Assembly: GCA_964587515.1 (NCBI GenBank)
Contig: CAZPMO010000002.1
Location: 28,151-68,117 of the forward strand
Origin: an uncultured Rhodospirillaceae bacterium
Lineage (GTDB): Bacteria; Pseudomonadota; Alphaproteobacteria; MPNO01
DNA length: 39,967 nt
Reading direction: 5' to 3'
Positions within the stretch are counted from its first letter, which is position 1, and the number at the start of each line of letters is the position of its first letter. Both the position numbers and the translations under genes were made by a program. Below the pieces are notes generated by a model, which worked only from the letters and a program-made list of their open reading frames with translations, ran no database searches and was not told the DNA's origin. Positions 37,398-39,967 of this stretch are shown here, one piece after another.

Positions 37398-38246
37398 ATG
37401 GCGACGGTATTGGAAGCCCCCTCCGGCAAGTGGTCGGGCGACGAGAATTTTCCCGTCGGCTCGTGGCTGCTGCCGGCCCGGTTGCGGCCCCATGTCGCCG
37501 ATTTCTATGCGTTGGCGCGCACCACCGACGACATCGCCGACAACCCCGACCTGTCCTCCGATGAAAAGCTCGAACGGCTCAACGCGTTCGATGCCGCGCT
37601 GCGGGGCGAATTTGCCGACGACCCGGCGCTCGAGAAAGGCATCCGCTGCCGTGAAAGTCTCGCCCGTTGCGGTGTCACGATCCGACATAGCAGCGACCTG
37701 ATCGCGGCCTTCAAGCAGGATGCGACCAAGCTGCGCTATGACGATTGGGACGATTTAATGGGGTATTGCAACCTGTCGGCTGCGCCGGTCGGTCGATTTC
37801 TGCTGGATCTTCACGGCGAGGACCCGGCCGGGTACGCGGCATCGGATCCGTTGTGCAACGCGCTCCAGGTGCTCAACCATCTGCAGGACTGCAAGGACGA
37901 TTACCTCAGCCTCGACCGGGTCTATCTGCCGGGCGACTGGATGGCCGAGAACGGCGTCACGGTCGAGGACCTCGCCGCCGCGCGCGCCGGGCCCGGCATG
38001 CGCGCGGTGCTGGACCGGGCGCTCGCCGGCGTCGAAGAATTGATGGCCGTTGCGCGCACCCTGCCCGGCCGCCTCACCAACCGGCGGCTCGCCATGGAAT
38101 CGGCGGTAATCGTACGCCTCGCGGACCGGTTGACGGCGCTCCTCAAGGCGGGTGATCCCATCGCCGGCCGGGTGGCGCTCGGCAAATCGGATTTCATCGG
38201 CTGCGGGCTGCGCGGCGTGGTTTCGGTGTGGGTGGGAGCGCGATGA
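37398..38246 (+). CDS. hpnC: Squalene synthase HpnC (hydroxysqualene synthase)
   Basis: SGK...DENFPVGS, FYALARTTDDIAD, AFKQD, YCNLSAAPVGR, ALQVLNHLQD, DRVYLP. Confidence 0.93.
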   Translation: MATVLEAPSGKWSGDENFPVGSWLLPARLRPHVADFYALARTTDDIADNPDLSSDEKLERLNAFDAALRGEFADDPALEKGIRCRESLARCGVTIRHSSDLIAAFKQDATKLRYDDWDDLMGYCNLSAAPVGRFLLDLHGEDPAGYAASDPLCNALQVLNHLQDCKDDYLSLDRVYLPGDWMAENGVTVEDLAAARAGPGMRAVLDRALAGVEELMAVARTLPGRLTNRRLAMESAVIVRLADRLTALLKAGDPIAGRVALGKSDFIGCGLRGVVSVWVGAR

Positions 38247-39409
38247 ACGACGACAGCGAACGCTATCTCCTGACCCCGGGACCGTTGACGACCGCGGCGG
38301 AGACGCGAAGCGCGATGCTGCGCGATTGGGGTTCGCGCGACGACGACTTCATCGCGCTCACACGGAGCATCCGTGAACGTCTGACCGCGCTGGCGGGCGC
38401 CAGCGCAAGCCATACGTGCGTGCCAATCCAGGGCAGCGGCACCTACGCCATCGAGGCGGCCGTGGGCACACTGGTGCCACCCGGCGGCAAGCTGCTGGTG
38501 CTGGTCAATGGCGCCTATGGACTGCGTATCCAAAAGATATGCGGGATCATCGGCCGGGACAGCGCCGCCTACGAGGTCGAGGAAAACGCGGTCCACGACC
38601 CCCAACGCATCGATGAAATGCTGACGTCGGACCCCTCCATCACCCATGTCGCGGCGATACATTGCGAGACGACCTCGGGCATCCTCAATCCGATCGCCGA
38701 GATCGCGGACGCGGTCGCGAGGCGCGGCCGACGGCTGCTGATCGACGCGATGAGTTCGTTCGGCGCGATCGATCTCGAAGTCGCGGAGGCGCCGTGCGAG
38801 GCGATCATTTCGTCGGCCAACAAATGCCTCGAAGGGGTGCCGGGGCTGGGGTTCGTGATCGCCGAAACCGCCGCGCTGGCGGAATGCGCCGGCAATGCGC
38901 CCAGCCTCAGCCTTGATCTGCACGGTCAGTGGGCGGGTTTCGAACGCAGCGGCGAATGGCGCTTCACACCGCCGACCCATGTCATTGCGGCGTTCGACCA
39001 GGCGCTGGCGCAACACGTGGCCGAAGGCGGCGTGGCGGGACGGGGCGCGCGCTACCGTGAAAATTGCGCCACTCTGGGTGCCGGCATGCGCGCGCTGGGT
39101 TTCGAGACCTTTCTGCCCAAGCGCCTCCAGGCGCCGATCATCGTGACTTTTTTAATGCCGTCCGACCCCGCGTTCGAATTCCGACGCTTCTATGACGAGA
39201 TGCACCGGCGCGGTTTTGTCCTCTATCCCGGCAAGCTGACTCGCATCGACAGCTTTCGCATCGGATGCATAGGGCATATCGGCAAGGACGTGATCGAAAG
39301 GGCCTTGGAAGCGGTGCGAGAAACATTGGCCGAAATGGGCGTCGCGAGCGGTGCGCCCCTCTTATCATCGGTCAACCCGGCTGCAGAAGGCGCTCCACCG
39401 TCTCGATGA
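38243..39409 (+). CDS. phnW: 2-aminoethylphosphonate-pyruvate transaminase
   Basis: LLTPGPLTT, DWGSRD, QGSGT, NGAYG, HCETTSG, DAMSSFG, SSANKCLEGVPG, WRFTPPTH, YPGKLT, FRIGCIG. Confidence 0.93.
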   Translation: MNDDSERYLLTPGPLTTAAETRSAMLRDWGSRDDDFIALTRSIRERLTALAGASASHTCVPIQGSGTYAIEAAVGTLVPPGGKLLVLVNGAYGLRIQKICGIIGRDSAAYEVEENAVHDPQRIDEMLTSDPSITHVAAIHCETTSGILNPIAEIADAVARRGRRLLIDAMSSFGAIDLEVAEAPCEAIISSANKCLEGVPGLGFVIAETAALAECAGNAPSLSLDLHGQWAGFERSGEWRFTPPTHVIAAFDQALAQHVAEGGVAGRGARYRENCATLGAGMRALGFETFLPKRLQAPIIVTFLMPSDPAFEFRRFYDEMHRRGFVLYPGKLTRIDSFRIGCIGHIGKDVIERALEAVRETLAEMGVASGAPLLSSVNPAAEGAPPSR

Positions 39410-39860
39410 ATTTCGGCACGGAAATCGGTTTGGCGAAAAAACCGTCGCAACCGCTGGCGCGGATGCGCATGCTGTCCTCGGGGCGGTGGATATCGGCAAC
39501 CGCGATGATCGGGATGTCGTTGTAAACCGGATTGTCCCGGATTTCGCGCGCAGCGGGAAGCCCCAGCCGCCCCGACAAATGCACGCCAATGAGGATCATG
39601 TCGGGACGCTGATCACGTAATATCCTGGCCGCGTTCCGATCTTCCCGGGCCTCAATTACAACGTGTCCACGTGCGCGCAATAGATCGCGGAACAGCTTCA
39701 TGTTCAGCGCATCCCATTCGACAACCAGAACCTGGCGCTCGAGCGGCGCGACGGGCTCGAACTCGGGCATCTGGATGCGCGAGGACAGGCGTCCCATCGG
39801 CTCGGCGGCGCCCTTCCGCACAATCAGTGCTTCCGGCGTCGGTGTCGGCACGTCTTTCAT
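39372..39860 (-). CDS. DivK-like receiver protein lacking the phosphoacceptor Asp, with N-terminal extension
   Basis: LNMKLFRDLL, IPIIAV and GCDGFFAKPISVPKFIETV are DivK-like. PDMILIGV replaces PDLILMDI. Confidence 0.8.
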   Translation of the reverse strand: MKDVPTPTPEALIVRKGAAEPMGRLSSRIQMPEFEPVAPLERQVLVVEWDALNMKLFRDLLRARGHVVIEAREDRNAARILRDQRPDMILIGVHLSGRLGLPAAREIRDNPVYNDIPIIAVADIHRPEDSMRIRASGCDGFFAKPISVPKFIETVERLLQPG

Positions 39861-39897
39861 GACCGCCTCACGGCATATTTCATAACCGCCTCACGGC
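39855..39897. repeat. 20-bp direct repeat (23-bp period) covering RBS and start codon
   Basis: tttcatgaccgcctcacggc (39855-39874) and tttcataaccgcctcacggc (39878-39897), 19/20 identical. Confidence 0.85.
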
Positions 39898-39967
39898 TCT
39901 ATCACGACGCAGTCGAGACGGCGGCGCTTGGCCTGGCGGCACAATTGGCGCGCCGCGTGTCTTGTTT

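Noticed and set aside
34885-39409. 3' overlaps of convergent genes (19 bp at 34885-34903, 38 bp at 39372-39409)
   Set aside because: Common in compact GC-rich genomes, with no evidence of a special function.
1-39967. CRISPR arrays, tRNA/rRNA, integrases, transposases, phage genes
   Set aside because: None recognised by reading the sequence and ORFs.

Overview
GC-rich bacterial chromosomal segment, most likely an alphaproteobacterium (divK-like gene, hpnB/hpnC, clustered GANTC sites, REP-like palindromes). Taxonomy and all family calls come from motif reading and recalled sequences, not database searches. About 37 CDSs, mostly catabolic or accessory: aldo/keto reductase, two amidohydrolases, TauD/TfdA dioxygenase, sulfatase, hppD, a frameshifted multi-PAS hybrid kinase, a TAXI-TRAP transporter, FAH hydrolase, extradiol dioxygenase, threonine synthase, a NitT/TauT ABC transporter, Rieske and LLM oxygenases, then pyrC, a PhnY-like dioxygenase, hpnB-hpnC-phnW and a degenerate DivK. 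No rRNA, tRNA, CRISPR or intact mobile element was recognised. The best candidate for an undescribed system is the minus-strand operon at 18356-21492. It encodes an intact CADD/PqqC-like diiron (HDO) protein, a paralog that has lost most metal ligands, an 85-aa AbrB-like protein and a close homolog of the vitamin B6 pathway 2-(acetamidomethylene)succinate hydrolase. This suggests a multi-subunit diiron N-heterocycle ring-cleavage system (inference). A third HDO gene sits near the end of a Rid-Rieske-LLM gene run.
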